From: Pseudomonadota bacterium
GTDB lineage: Bacteria > Bdellovibrionota_C > UBA2361 > OMII01
Direction: 5' to 3'
Length of the DNA: 64,000 nt
Assembly: GCA_046300175.1 (NCBI GenBank)
Contig: JBKCMS010000087.1
Span: forward strand, 9,485 to 73,484
A program made the position numbers and the translations under genes. The notes beneath the pieces were generated by a model. The model did not search any database. It had not been told where the DNA came from and saw only the letters and a program-made list of their open reading frames with translations. Positions 35,290 to 45,967 of this stretch are shown one piece after another; positions within the stretch are counted from its first letter, which is position 1, and each line of letters opens with the position of its first letter.

Positions 35290-36066
35290 TTACTGCGCCT
35301 GCATCTTTCCACGAAGGCTGACTCCTCTTTGAAGGGTTGCCTTAATAAAATCGCGATTCATTCGGGTAATATACTTGATACTGATGCCCTTAGGGCACGC
35401 CTCCTGGCACTCACCGTGGTTTGTGCATCCGCCAAAGTTTTCGTGATCCATCTGAGACACCATGTTAATCACGCGCTCATAACGCTCCGGCTGGCCTTGA
35501 GGTAGAAGCCCCAAGTGGGCGACCTTCGCCGCCGTAAATAGCATGGCCGAGCCATTTGGACACGCGGCTACACACGCACCGCATCCGATACAAGCTGCTG
35601 CATCGAATGCTTCATCAGCATGCTCCTTCTCGATTGGCGTGGCATTAGCCTCCGGGGCAGCCCCCGTAGATACTGAAATGTAACCACCGGCCATCTGAAT
35701 ACGATCGAAAGCGCTGCGATCAGTGACGAGATCCTTCACAACCGGAAACGGCTTCGCCCTAAACGGCTCGATGTAGATCGTATCTCCATCTTTAAATGTT
35801 CGCATATGCAGCTGACACGCCGTTGTCAGACGTTTAGGTCCATGCGGCCGTCCATTGATAGACATAGAACATGAACCGCAAATCCCCTCGCGACAATCAT
35901 GTTCAAACGCCACGGGACTCTCTCCCTTGGCGACCAGAGTCTCGTTGAGATAATCTAGCATTTCAAGAAAAGAGGAGTCCTCACTAACCCCCTTAAGTTC
36001 ATGACGCTCAAATTTACCTTGTGACGTTGAGTCCTTTTGACGCCACACAAACAGGATAAGATCCAT
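35290..36066 (-). CDS. sdhB: Succinate dehydrogenase/fumarate reductase iron-sulfur subunit
   Basis: [23 protein letters not shown] and [15 protein letters not shown] cluster motifs. Confidence 0.9.
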   Translation of the reverse strand: MDLILFVWRQKDSTSQGKFERHELKGVSEDSSFLEMLDYLNETLVAKGESPVAFEHDCREGICGSCSMSINGRPHGPKRLTTACQLHMRTFKDGDTIYIEPFRAKPFPVVKDLVTDRSAFDRIQMAGGYISVSTGAAPEANATPIEKEHADEAFDAAACIGCGACVAACPNGSAMLFTAAKVAHLGLLPQGQPERYERVINMVSQMDHENFGGCTNHGECQEACPKGISIKYITRMNRDFIKATLQRGVSLRGKMQAQ

Positions 36067-36077
36067 ATTAACGCTCC

Positions 36078-37997
36078 TTACTTATAACTTCTGGTCGAGA
36101 GTTTGATATTTTCAAAAGCTAGCGGCTCTTTGCTCAACTCGTGCCCCGCGCCATTGCGGCTCGGACTCCATACTGCTGCATAACAATAATCATTATCATT
36201 TCGCAGAGCCTCGCCATCTTCGGTTTGGTACTCCTCTCGGAAGTGCCCGCCACAAGACTCGTTACGATTAAGAGCATCAAGGCACATCAGCTCAGCAAAC
36301 TCGAAGAAGTCCGCGACACGTCCGGCCTTCTCTAACTGCTGATTCAATTCCGATCCCGCTCCACCTACATAACAGTTCGACCAGAACTCATCGCGCAGCT
36401 CTGGAATCCGTTTCAGTGCCTCCTTTAGGCCGGCTTCTGTGCGAGACATTCCGCAGGCATCCCACATAAGCCGACCTAAAGTTCGGTGATAGTGATCAAC
36501 CGGCTTTTTGCCGTTCATCGACAGAAAAGAAGCTATCCTTTTCGCCACCCGCTCCTCAGCCTCACGTACTGCTGCGTGATCAGGTGTCGTGCTGAGCGGC
36601 TTCTGTGTTGCAAGGTAATCTCCGATAGTATAGGGAATAACGAAGTAGCCGTCGGCCAACCCCTGCATTAAAGCACTGGCCCCTAATCGGTTCGCCCCGT
36701 GATCCGAGAAATTTGCCTCTCCAGCAGCAAAGAGTCCTGGGATAGTTGTCATCAAATTGTAGTCTACCCACAAACCGCCCATCGTGTAGTGCGGCGCTGG
36801 ATAGATGCGCATCGGAACCTCATACGGATTCTCTCCAGTGATATTTTCGTACATATCAAAGAGATTACCGTAGCGCGCCTCTATAGTATTTTTCCCATAT
36901 CGATCGATTGAATCCTTAAAGTCAAGATACACTCCCAACCCCATCGGTCCAACTCCGTACCCTGCATCGCACCTCTCCTTTGCCGCGCGAGAAGCGATAT
37001 CTCGAGGACTAAGGTTACCAAAGCTCGGATACCTACGCTCTAAATAATAATCTCGTTCACTCTCAGGTATATCTCGCGGATTACGGGTATCTTTCTGTTT
37101 TTTCGGCACCCAGACACGGCCGTCATTGCGCAGTGATTCGCTCATCAGCGTGAGCTTTGATTGATATTCCCCCGAAACAGGAATACTGGTGGGATGAATC
37201 TGCGTAAAACACGGATTTGCCATCCCAGCACCGTGTTTGTAAGCCCGCCAGATCGAGGTGACGTTGCACCCTTTAGCGTTGGTTGAAAGATAGAACACAT
37301 TAGAATAGCCACCTGTTGCCAAGATAACCGCATCCGCTAGATGCGATGTTACTGCACCCGTTCTCAGATTCCTGGTGACGATACCGATACACCTACCGCC
37401 GTCGATGATCAGGTCAAGCATCTCTGTTGAGGAGTGCATCTCCACGCTCTTAGCATGAATTTGACGATTTAGCGCTGCATAGGCACCCAACAAAAGCTGC
37501 TGACCTGTCTGTCCCTTCGCATAGAAAGTACGAGACACCTGCGCCCCGCCGAACGAACGATTCGACAGTAGTCCGCTGTACTCCCGAGCAAACGGCACCC
37601 CCTGCGCTACGCACTGGTCGATAATGTTAACGCTCAGCTCTGCTAGTCGATATACATTCGCTTCGCGCGCTCGAAAATCGCCTCCTTTTATTGTATCGTA
37701 GAACAGACGATATACACTATCTCCGTCGTTCTGATAGTTCTTAGCTGCATTTATACCACCCTGAGCCGCGATGCTATGAGCTCTTCGCGGAGAGTCCTGG
37801 AAGCAGAAACATTTAACACGATACCCCAACTCTCCTAGCGAAGCCGCTGCAGACGCACCTGCCAAACCGCTTCCCACGACAATTACGGAATATTTTCGCT
37901 TATTGGCTGGAGACACCAACCGCATACTAGCTTTGTGCTTTTGCCACTTTTGCTCAAGTGGCCCTGACGGTATCTTGGATTCGAGATTGAGTTGCAT
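36078..37997 (-). CDS. sdhA: Succinate dehydrogenase/fumarate reductase flavoprotein subunit (type B, long form)
   Basis: [15 protein letters not shown] fold, HYTMGG, GANRLG. 639 aa. Confidence 0.9.
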   Translation of the reverse strand: MQLNLESKIPSGPLEQKWQKHKASMRLVSPANKRKYSVIVVGSGLAGASAAASLGELGYRVKCFCFQDSPRRAHSIAAQGGINAAKNYQNDGDSVYRLFYDTIKGGDFRAREANVYRLAELSVNIIDQCVAQGVPFAREYSGLLSNRSFGGAQVSRTFYAKGQTGQQLLLGAYAALNRQIHAKSVEMHSSTEMLDLIIDGGRCIGIVTRNLRTGAVTSHLADAVILATGGYSNVFYLSTNAKGCNVTSIWRAYKHGAGMANPCFTQIHPTSIPVSGEYQSKLTLMSESLRNDGRVWVPKKQKDTRNPRDIPESERDYYLERRYPSFGNLSPRDIASRAAKERCDAGYGVGPMGLGVYLDFKDSIDRYGKNTIEARYGNLFDMYENITGENPYEVPMRIYPAPHYTMGGLWVDYNLMTTIPGLFAAGEANFSDHGANRLGASALMQGLADGYFVIPYTIGDYLATQKPLSTTPDHAAVREAEERVAKRIASFLSMNGKKPVDHYHRTLGRLMWDACGMSRTEAGLKEALKRIPELRDEFWSNCYVGGAGSELNQQLEKAGRVADFFEFAELMCLDALNRNESCGGHFREEYQTEDGEALRNDNDYCYAAVWSPSRNGAGHELSKEPLAFENIKLSTRSYK

Positions 37998-38016
37998 AGC
38001 GCTGCCCTACATTACT

Positions 38017-38739
38017 TTACTTTGCGTTAGCTGTTGTTACTGGAGCTGAAAGAAGACCCGTGGCGATCGAAACGGGTACCGCTGAAAATCCGACAAAGAG
38101 CGCTACGGCAACAACTTTAGCAACCGTGCGCAGCCCTTTATTCCATCGAGGTGTGTCGACCCCAAGGGTCTGAAACATGCTCCAAGTGCCGTGGTAGAGA
38201 TGTAATGCAAGAAGCGCCATCGCAACCACGTAAAAGCCAGCTGTGAGCAAATTCTGGAAGGCCGACCACACGTTTGCGTAAACATCTCCCTCAACAAAAC
38301 TCCAGTGAACTGTTCCCGTTGTGAAGTGTAAAATATGAAAAGTCACAAAAAGCAACAGGAATAGCCCTCCATAAAGCATTGTTAATGACGCAGCGTTTGC
38401 AGACCTATAACTCTTAACCTTGTAGCCCTCTGGTTTGGCGCTACGATTCGCCTTAGCGAGCAATATGCCGCTCACCGCATGGATAACTAGGCAGGCTAGC
38501 AAGACTACCCTGACAATCCACAGAACCCCTGACTCTCCCAACATCTCTGAGCCCATGGTGCGCAAGAATCGGCCATAATCGTCAATCTTGTAGTCACCAG
38601 TAGCCGGATTAATTCCGGCGAAAATCTTGAGGTTTCCTGCCATGTGCCCTACGACAAAGAGGACTAGGACTACGCCGCTTAGCGCCATAGCCACCTTCTT
38701 ACCGATGGTAGAGGAGTAGAAATTAACTATTAGACTCAT
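38017..38739 (-). CDS. sdhC: Succinate dehydrogenase/fumarate reductase cytochrome b subunit (b558 family, 5 TM)
   Basis: 240 aa, five hydrophobic helices with conserved His residues. Lies directly upstream of sdhA/B. Confidence 0.75.
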   Translation of the reverse strand: MSLIVNFYSSTIGKKVAMALSGVVLVLFVVGHMAGNLKIFAGINPATGDYKIDDYGRFLRTMGSEMLGESGVLWIVRVVLLACLVIHAVSGILLAKANRSAKPEGYKVKSYRSANAASLTMLYGGLFLLLFVTFHILHFTTGTVHWSFVEGDVYANVWSAFQNLLTAGFYVVAMALLALHLYHGTWSMFQTLGVDTPRWNKGLRTVAKVVAVALFVGFSAVPVSIATGLLSAPVTTANAK

Positions 38740-38955
38740 AAAGAACTTCCAAATTCATCTCACATAAGAAGGCGCACTTCACCCACTCTAGTGTATTGAT
38801 CAACGGCTTGTATAGCCAAGCTTTTAGCACGACGAAACCCTAAAAATATCAGTATATTAAATTAAATCAACATCGAGCATCAAGACGCCCAAGCAACCCC
38901 CGTTAGGGTATGAATTACAGTATCCCCTCTAGCCTCCGTCGGATATACTTATGTC

Positions 38956-40422
38956 GTGAATCCAGCCATCTACCAATTTAATCCACGCTCTTACCTAACC
39001 GAGGCTGTTGGCCGCAACGCTACCCTTGATGACATCCCAGAATCCTTTATTGAAGCGCTAGCTGCCGCTGGGTTTGATTGGGTGTGGCCTGTTGGTGTCT
39101 GGAGCGTAAGCGCGGCCAGCCGAAATCACTCTACTGCTCACAGGGGTTTGCGACGGGAGTTTCTTGATGTCCTGCCCGACCTCACAGACCAAGATGTCTG
39201 CGGCTCCCCATTCGCAATTGACTGCTACTCCACCGAGGCCATTCTGGGCGGAGATGCCGCTCTAGCCCGCTTTCACCGCAAGGTTCGCTCCTTAGGATTG
39301 AAGATGATGCTTGATTTTGTTCCGAACCACGTCGGACTAGATCATGCTTGGGCGAATCAGCACCCTGCTTATCTGATTCAAGGAAGCGAGGCGCAGCTTC
39401 TGGCAGAACCTGACTCATGGGTTCGGCTCAGAAACGGGGCGATATTTGCACACGGCCGCGATCCGAACTACGCGCCATGGTCCGATACGCTACAGCTAAA
39501 CTATTTTAACCCCGGCCTGCGCCGCGCCATGCTCAGAGAACTTGAGAGTGTTGCCAGTCGAGCTGATGGAGTTCGGTGTGACATGGCCATGCTTATTGAA
39601 CCCGAAGTATTCTATCGCACCTGGGCATCTCGCTGCGATCAATCCACGGAGGAAATGCCTTATTTTTGGCCGGATGCGATCAGTTCTATCCGGGCCAAAT
39701 ATCCAGAGTTCCTCTTTCTGGCCGAGGTTTATTGGGGTTACGAATACAAGCTTCAACAACACGGATTTGACTATACCTACGACAAACCGCTCTATGACCG
39801 GATCATCCAGCGTCGTGCTGCGGAGGTGAAGGACCATCTCAGTGCCAATGTGTCGTATCAACGACGTCTGACCCGTTTCCTTGAAAATCACGACGAGCCT
39901 CGGATAGCTTCTAAGCTCTCCTTCGTTGAACACCGAGCAGCGGCTGTGGTGACATTTCTCACTCCTGGGATGCGTTTTTTTCATGATGGCCAGATGAGCG
40001 GAAAGCGTCTGCGCCTACCAGTTCATCTTTCCCGAGCACCCCGTGAGAAGAGCAGTCATATGATCGAAGAGCTCTACAAGGTTTTGCTCCCAATCATCAA
40101 CTCACCAACCGGCAAACACGGGGTCTGGAATATGCTTGGCACACGTGAAGCGTGGCCAAACAACACAACTCATCAGAACTTTATCGCTTTTCTTATCGAG
40201 CATCCTCTTCGAACTTTGCTCGTCGCGGTGAATTTCGCCTCTTATCGCGGCCAAGGATTCATTCGTATCCCGGATAGAATTTGGCTTGAAGGGACACTTG
40301 AACTCCGAGATCTCCTCTCTCACGAACGCCTAGTCAGAGATTCATCAGACTTGCGAGAGCGCGGCCTGTTTCTTGACTGTTCAGAGTGGCACACTCACAT
40401 CTTTTCCGTAGAACACTCATAA
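38956..40422 (+). CDS. GH13 (alpha-amylase family) glycoside hydrolase
   Basis: Regions I-IV: DFVPNHV, GVRCDMA, LAEVYW and FLENHDE. GTG start. Confidence 0.8.
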   Translation: MNPAIYQFNPRSYLTEAVGRNATLDDIPESFIEALAAAGFDWVWPVGVWSVSAASRNHSTAHRGLRREFLDVLPDLTDQDVCGSPFAIDCYSTEAILGGDAALARFHRKVRSLGLKMMLDFVPNHVGLDHAWANQHPAYLIQGSEAQLLAEPDSWVRLRNGAIFAHGRDPNYAPWSDTLQLNYFNPGLRRAMLRELESVASRADGVRCDMAMLIEPEVFYRTWASRCDQSTEEMPYFWPDAISSIRAKYPEFLFLAEVYWGYEYKLQQHGFDYTYDKPLYDRIIQRRAAEVKDHLSANVSYQRRLTRFLENHDEPRIASKLSFVEHRAAAVVTFLTPGMRFFHDGQMSGKRLRLPVHLSRAPREKSSHMIEELYKVLLPIINSPTGKHGVWNMLGTREAWPNNTTHQNFIAFLIEHPLRTLLVAVNFASYRGQGFIRIPDRIWLEGTLELRDLLSHERLVRDSSDLRERGLFLDCSEWHTHIFSVEHS

Positions 40423-40440
40423 AATCTCGGAAGTATCACA

Positions 40441-42960
40441 ATGCTGACCTCCCCCACTTTACCCCTGCTCCCTATCACTGAGCACCTCCCGGCGATTGCT
40501 CAGGGAATTCGTGAGCACTCCATTTCAATCTTACAAGCTCCCCCCGGCACGGGTAAAACCACGATACTTCCGCTTTTCCTGGCACAGCAAGAATGGCTGA
40601 GAGGTCGCAGTATAATTGTCTTGCAGCCACGTCGGTTGGCGGCTAAGGCTGTTGCTATGCGAATGTCTGAGCTGCTCGGAGAAGAAGTAGGAACCACCGT
40701 CGGGTATCAGATTCGGCTTGAGCGACGCAAGAGCGCCACTACTCGAATCGAAATCATCACCGAGGGACTCCTAGCTCGCCGGATAATCGCCGATCCAGAA
40801 CTACGCGATGTGGGTCTAATCATTTTTGACGAGTTTCATGAGCGCAGCGTGCACGCCGATGTCGGAGTGGCTCTTGCACAGGAGGTCGCCTCTGTGCTGC
40901 GTCGCGATTTAAAGCTGTTGATAATGTCAGCCACCCTTGATTCATTGCGCGATGTGGGCAACTTCAAAGACGCCTGGCGCTACTCGTTTAATATAGCCCC
41001 ATTCCCCGTTGATATTCGCCATATCTCGCGAGACCCTCGCAAGCCGATCTGGGAAGATACCGCCAAGGTAGTGAGAGCTGCGCTACAGCAACATGCAGGT
41101 GATATCTTAGCCTTCCTTCCAGGGGCATTTGAGATCGAACGTTGCGCAGAGATACTATTGGCTGAAGCTCGTGGATTTCGAGTTTTACCACTCTATGGAG
41201 AGCTTCCGTACGAGCAGCAGCAAGCCGCTCTATCTACCCCCTCTGATTCCGTACGCCGAGTAGTTCTGGCAACAAATATAGCTGAGACTAGCCTAACAAT
41301 TGAAGGTGTGCGAATCGTCGTTGATGCTGGCTTGCAGAAGGTATCCCGCTCTACCGATACCGGGATCACCACCCTAAAAACGGAACGTATTACCCGTGAT
41401 GCTGCCGACCAACGCGCTGGCCGAGCCGGTCGAACGGCTCCTGGAGTTTGTCTGCGACTGTGGAGCGAGCAGGAGCACATGGCTCTCAGGGCAAACCGCG
41501 AACCTGAAATTCTCCGCATCGACCCAACTCAGCACGTGCTTGAGTTAGCAGCCTGGGGAGTGCGAGACCCAGCTCAATTCGACTGGATCACTGCTCCTCA
41601 AACTAGAGCGCTTGAATCTGCACAGAGGCTGCTCAAGCAGCTCGATGCTATAAGTCAAGACGGCACAATTACCGAGACAGGAAAGATACTTGTAAGACTA
41701 GGCACTCATCCACGCATCGGGGCCTCATGTATAGCAGCCCGAAAGCACAACCTCGATGCCTTTGCTGCCGCGATTATTCCGCTCCTTGAAGAGCGAAACA
41801 CAAGGAAACAGGGGACGCAGTCCGTGGACTGCACCCACCTTATGAATGCACTAGCGACTGGAGAGCCTCGCCCAAGCGTTAATCCAAGGGTACAACAACT
41901 TCATGACCTTTGGTTAAGGCGAATTAGCGAACTGCCTGTAGCTAGACTTCCCGCTACAGACGCGGTCTCCCCGATAAACGCGTGCGGATTTCTGCTCGCT
42001 ATGGCATTTCCTGAGCGAATAGCTCGGCGGAGAGCAGACAGCCGCGAGCGCTACCTTATGGCGTCAGGAGTCGGAGCAACCCTGCCACTGAATGATCCGC
42101 TTAGTTCATCAGAGTACATAGTCATTGCTGAAATGCACGAACGTACAGAAGACTCAAAAATTTTGCGCGCAGTGCCACTAGACCCAGCTCTATTCCACAG
42201 ACACCTCAAGCACCTAGTTATTCAAGTTGAGGAGTCCGTATTCGACCAAAAACGCGGAGTGATGATCTCCCAGATCCACACAAAGATAGGTGCCATATCG
42301 ATCGGCCAGGGCCGCGTGGCTGCTCTCCCTACCGAGACCCTCCAAGCTGCTTTGATGCAACACCTTCGAACCTCCGAAGGGTTCTCGGCTTTACCTTTTT
42401 CAGCAACTGCTCTCTCACTTCAGCAACGCTGCGCCTGGATCCAGCGCACTTACCCAACATTGGAGATGCCAGATATTTCAGCAGATGCCCTCCGAGAATC
42501 AGAGCCGTTCTGGCTTCTTGGCCAGCTCCCTGAGAGTGGCTCTCTTGAGCACATAACTGCGAGCACAATCGAGCATGCAATTGACGCGCTCATTCCCTGG
42601 CAGGCGCGGAAAGACATCGATCATATTGCCCCTCAGACCTTAACGCTTCCAAATGGAAAGATAAAACAGATCGACTACAGCGAGGAGTCAGGACCTGTGA
42701 TCGAGGCGATGATTCAAGAGTTATTTGGACTAAGCGATACGCCCCGCATCGGCAGGTTTGGAGCTATTGTTACCTGCAAGCTACTCTCACCGGCTCGCCG
42801 TCCTATGCAGGTAACAAGAGACCTAGCTAGCTTTTGGAAAAACGGATATGCGCTGGTTCGCAAAGAGCTCCGCGGCCGCTATCCTAAGCACAAGTGGCCC
42901 GAAGACCCCACTAAGGCAACCTCAGACTCGCTTAAGATAAAGGGTCCTCGACCTAGTTAG
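40441..42960 (+). CDS. hrpB: ATP-dependent RNA helicase HrpB (DEAH box)
   Basis: APPGTGKTT, DEFHER, SATL, TNIAETSLTIEGV, QRAGRAGR and the HrpB C-terminal domain. 839 aa. Confidence 0.9.
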   Translation: MLTSPTLPLLPITEHLPAIAQGIREHSISILQAPPGTGKTTILPLFLAQQEWLRGRSIIVLQPRRLAAKAVAMRMSELLGEEVGTTVGYQIRLERRKSATTRIEIITEGLLARRIIADPELRDVGLIIFDEFHERSVHADVGVALAQEVASVLRRDLKLLIMSATLDSLRDVGNFKDAWRYSFNIAPFPVDIRHISRDPRKPIWEDTAKVVRAALQQHAGDILAFLPGAFEIERCAEILLAEARGFRVLPLYGELPYEQQQAALSTPSDSVRRVVLATNIAETSLTIEGVRIVVDAGLQKVSRSTDTGITTLKTERITRDAADQRAGRAGRTAPGVCLRLWSEQEHMALRANREPEILRIDPTQHVLELAAWGVRDPAQFDWITAPQTRALESAQRLLKQLDAISQDGTITETGKILVRLGTHPRIGASCIAARKHNLDAFAAAIIPLLEERNTRKQGTQSVDCTHLMNALATGEPRPSVNPRVQQLHDLWLRRISELPVARLPATDAVSPINACGFLLAMAFPERIARRRADSRERYLMASGVGATLPLNDPLSSSEYIVIAEMHERTEDSKILRAVPLDPALFHRHLKHLVIQVEESVFDQKRGVMISQIHTKIGAISIGQGRVAALPTETLQAALMQHLRTSEGFSALPFSATALSLQQRCAWIQRTYPTLEMPDISADALRESEPFWLLGQLPESGSLEHITASTIEHAIDALIPWQARKDIDHIAPQTLTLPNGKIKQIDYSEESGPVIEAMIQELFGLSDTPRIGRFGAIVTCKLLSPARRPMQVTRDLASFWKNGYALVRKELRGRYPKHKWPEDPTKATSDSLKIKGPRPS

Positions 42961-42989
42961 TGTGCTGCTATAGCTAAATGAATTGCAAT

Positions 42990-43040
42990 CACTGGGCAAG
43001 CGCTATCTTGGCTTGCCCAAGTTGCGCCGTAGAAGACAAC
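42990..43040 (-). repeat. Repeat family C, inverted partial copy
   Basis: The reverse complement, GTTGTCTTCTACGGCGCAACTTGGGCAAGCCAAGATAGCGCTTGCCCAGTG, aligns with the 5' half of C1 and C3. On the plus strand it forms a 9-bp stem, TGGGCAAGC/GCTTGCCCA. Starts 29 nt after the hrpB stop. Confidence 0.7.
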
Positions 43041-43264
43041 AAACTCCTATGCGCTTAAGCGTGTAAAATTTCAATGTCATGAGAGACTCTAGCGCTGGGC
43101 GGTACTGGTTGATGTTAAGTACTCCACGATATTCTCTGATTACTTACCTGCATCGCGCAATAATCCTGTCTCAAGAAGCGGGCATAGCGCTCCAGCCGTA
43201 GATATTGCTCCTGTGCTTTGCGTTTCTGCTCAGTTAAAAATGTACTCAGCCGTTACTGGGTCTG

Positions 43265-43343
43265 CTACAACCCGGTCTCTAAAATATCTTCTGCTCCGGT
43301 TAACGAGATGCGGGCTGCGACTTCGTCAAACTTCGCGAAAAAA
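43265..43343 (-). repeat. Repeat family D, inverted full-length copy
   Basis: The reverse complement, TTTTTTCGCGAAGTTTGACGAAGTCGCAGCCCGCATCTCGTTAACCGGAGCAGAAGATATTTTAGAGACCGGGTTGTAG, aligns with 9547-9622. Confidence 0.75.
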
Positions 43344-43405
43344 CCCTTGAGTGTATCTCAGTGGATACACCTCCGGTTTTTTCCCTCGTTTTCCTCGTCT
43401 CGCCT

Positions 43406-43453
43406 CGCATCTCTTCAACCTCGCGACGACGCTATTTTTGAGACCGGTTCTAG
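43406..43453 (+). repeat. Repeat family D, direct partial copy
   Basis: CGCATCTCTTCAACCTCGCGACGACGCTATTTTTGAGACCGGTTCTAG. Confidence 0.7.
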
Positions 43454-43502
43454 TATCAGTAACTGGGCGTTTATCAGCAACTAGACAGTCCCGCGCTGTA
43501 GC

Positions 43503-43606
43503 CAGAGTCTTTTCGTCTTCTACGGCTCCACTTGGCTACGCCAAGATTGCGCTGACCCTGCTGTTGCGGGTGATATTTTTCAAAGATCACTAGCGCAGAG
43601 TTTAGG
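43503..43606 (+). repeat. Repeat family C, copy 3
   Basis: Aligns with 8317-8420 along its full length. Preceded by GTTTATCAGCAACTAGACAGTC (43469-43490), as in the 8-kb copy but without the A element. Confidence 0.75.
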
Positions 43607-43699
43607 CAGTCACAGCAATCAATCGGCTGTTTTAATCGACGACTCACCAGAACGTGTTCGCTTCTTCCCGTCGCAGATACAGAAAATCAATGAGGCCAG

Positions 43700-45025
43700 C
43701 TAACCCCCAACTGCCTTCTGGTCGGCGATACGAGCAACTAGCACCTTATCAATTCGCTTTCCATCCATATCCACCACCTCAAATCGGTGCCCTTCTCGCA
43801 TAAAGGAATCACCAGGCTTAGGAATGTGGCCCAACGAGGTCATCACAAAACCACCAACAGAGTGAAACTGCCCCTGGTCTCCATCAGATGAATCGGCAAA
43901 TCCCAACCTCTCAAAGAGATTTTGCACATCGAGGGAGGCGTCTACCAGTAGCGACCCATCATCTCGCACCGTGATACTACGCTCATCGCCGTTGACATCA
44001 CTCATGTCGCCCATGACAACGCGTAATACGTCATCGACTGTTGCTATCCCAGCCACACTTCCGTACTCATCGCGCACCACCGCAAAATGCTCGCCTTGTT
44101 CCTTAAAACGCTCAAGCAACTCAAGTGCAGTCATTGACTCGGGAACGTCCATCGCCGGAGCGCTGATATCTTTAAGCTTAGCTACAGACTCTGAGGTTTG
44201 TTTGTCTTTAAGCGAGAATACGTCGTGCACCGATACTATCCCGACTACCTCATCGTCAATACCTTGCCGAACCGGAAACCAGGTTAAGCGCGAATCGAGA
44301 GCTACCTCAACCGCTTGCTTGACCGTCATGCCGATATCTAGAAACACGACATCACTTCGTGATGTCATCAGAGAGGCTATCGGCTTATCGCCCAGGCGGA
44401 ACACTCGAGAGATCATCTCGCGCTCTTCCTCCTCAATCACACCAGCCCGCTCCCCCTCTTCGACTAATGAGCGAATATCTTCTTCGATCGCCTCCTCCTC
44501 AACTGCCGGACTTTTTTCGCTCCGCGCCCCTATCTGCTTCATCAATCGAGCCATAGCGATAGCTGGCCAGGCGCACCGAACTACGGCGCGACCGAGGGGC
44601 GAGAGATACTCAAGTACTGCGTCTCGAAACCTCGTCCCGATGAAATGAGGCACGATGTATCCCACGGCTATAGCCAAGAAAACTATCGCTGCGCCATAGA
44701 GGGACGAGAGAATGGGGCTAACAATATCGGCCCCAGAGACAGCGGCCTCAAGTACTGAACTGACGGCTCCACGCAACAGTAGGTACTCAGCAACCCCACC
44801 CACGAGAACGAGTAATAGGACCGTCACCAGCCGCGAGGCGATAATAAAGTCCGTTACCGAGACCGAACTCTCTGCTTCAAGCTCTGCGAGCTTGTGAGCA
44901 TCCTCATTTTGCGAACTGCTTTGAGGGAGAAATGCGCGGCGAGAATCCAGTAGCGCGACTTCCAGCGCTACTATTCCGCATGTGAACAGGAGCGCCGCGC
45001 CGATAAAGAAAATTCCTACCAGCAC
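43700..45025 (-). CDS. CNNM/TlyC-family protein (DUF21 TM domain, CBS pair, CorC_HlyC)
   Basis: N-terminal 4-TM domain, CBS-pair region and C-terminal GHRFEVVDMDGKRIDKV. Confidence 0.8.
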   Translation of the reverse strand: MLVGIFFIGAALLFTCGIVALEVALLDSRRAFLPQSSSQNEDAHKLAELEAESSVSVTDFIIASRLVTVLLLVLVGGVAEYLLLRGAVSSVLEAAVSGADIVSPILSSLYGAAIVFLAIAVGYIVPHFIGTRFRDAVLEYLSPLGRAVVRCAWPAIAMARLMKQIGARSEKSPAVEEEAIEEDIRSLVEEGERAGVIEEEEREMISRVFRLGDKPIASLMTSRSDVVFLDIGMTVKQAVEVALDSRLTWFPVRQGIDDEVVGIVSVHDVFSLKDKQTSESVAKLKDISAPAMDVPESMTALELLERFKEQGEHFAVVRDEYGSVAGIATVDDVLRVVMGDMSDVNGDERSITVRDDGSLLVDASLDVQNLFERLGFADSSDGDQGQFHSVGGFVMTSLGHIPKPGDSFMREGHRFEVVDMDGKRIDKVLVARIADQKAVGG

Positions 45026-45204
45026 CCGCCCTCCGTAACAAGGGTATCCATATAACGTTTAGGATAACCTGAATCCAAAGCAAGGCAAAGAACGAATCGA
45101 TTCAATGAGCTAAAGTATCGCTATATATATGTTATTATTGATTGTTTTAAATTACAGATCTCACTGGTTACCATATCATTCTACTTCCTCACCTAGACAT
45201 TACC

Positions 45205-45774
45205 TCAGTGCGGAACATGCTTTACTCCGCTAGGAATATCTCCTACGAGTCCCGACTTGCTTGGTCCTTTAGCTGTGGTCTGTCCGCGATTTAGTATCAC
45301 ACGTAAAAGCCCGCTCAACTCCGTGAGTTTATCCTGCCCTAGGTGCCCTAGCTGTCTAATGTGACAATCGCGCACCGACTCTTTTAGCCCCTCGAGGATC
45401 GACAGACCCTTGGCGGTAATAGTCACCTTTACCATACGGCGGTCGATACTACTTCGCTCTCTAGCCACATAGCCCAGTCGCTCAAGTCGATCCAGTAGCC
45501 GTGTCATATCCGGAACCTCAGCAACTAACTGCTCGCTTATATCCCCGCACGAGCGACCGCTATACCCAGCATCTTGAAGCACCAGCAAGATGTTGTAAGT
45601 TGCTGCCGTCAGATCTACAGGCCTGAAGACCCGATTTAGCTCCGCTTCCAATCGAGCCGCAGCACGAACGAGAAGAGCATACGTAGACTGCTCAATCGGC
45701 TCTAGCTCAAACTGTACAACACCTTTTTCATCAGCCGATTTATTCGGGAACTGAGTCTCGTCGGGGGGGACCAT
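45205..45774 (-). CDS. MarR-family transcriptional regulator
   Basis: Winged-helix region LTAATYNILLVLQDAG...ISEQL...MTRLLDRLERLGYVARE...DRR. Start uncertain. Confidence 0.75.
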   Translation of the reverse strand: MVPPDETQFPNKSADEKGVVQFELEPIEQSTYALLVRAAARLEAELNRVFRPVDLTAATYNILLVLQDAGYSGRSCGDISEQLVAEVPDMTRLLDRLERLGYVARERSSIDRRMVKVTITAKGLSILEGLKESVRDCHIRQLGHLGQDKLTELSGLLRVILNRGQTTAKGPSKSGLVGDIPSGVKHVPH

Positions 45775-45967
45775 ATGCTTCCTTTACTATGGCACTGATT
45801 CGCCACAACCATTAGGGAATCTATCCCTGATAGCGTGATCTACAAGAGCTATCCCTACCGAAATTATGCACTCTTTTCCATGAGCGGTCTTACGTACAAG
45901 GACCAGAGCTCATCCTTTACTAGCCCCTCTTTTGTTTCAACCTCATCCACAGTAGGCTCATGGGGGT

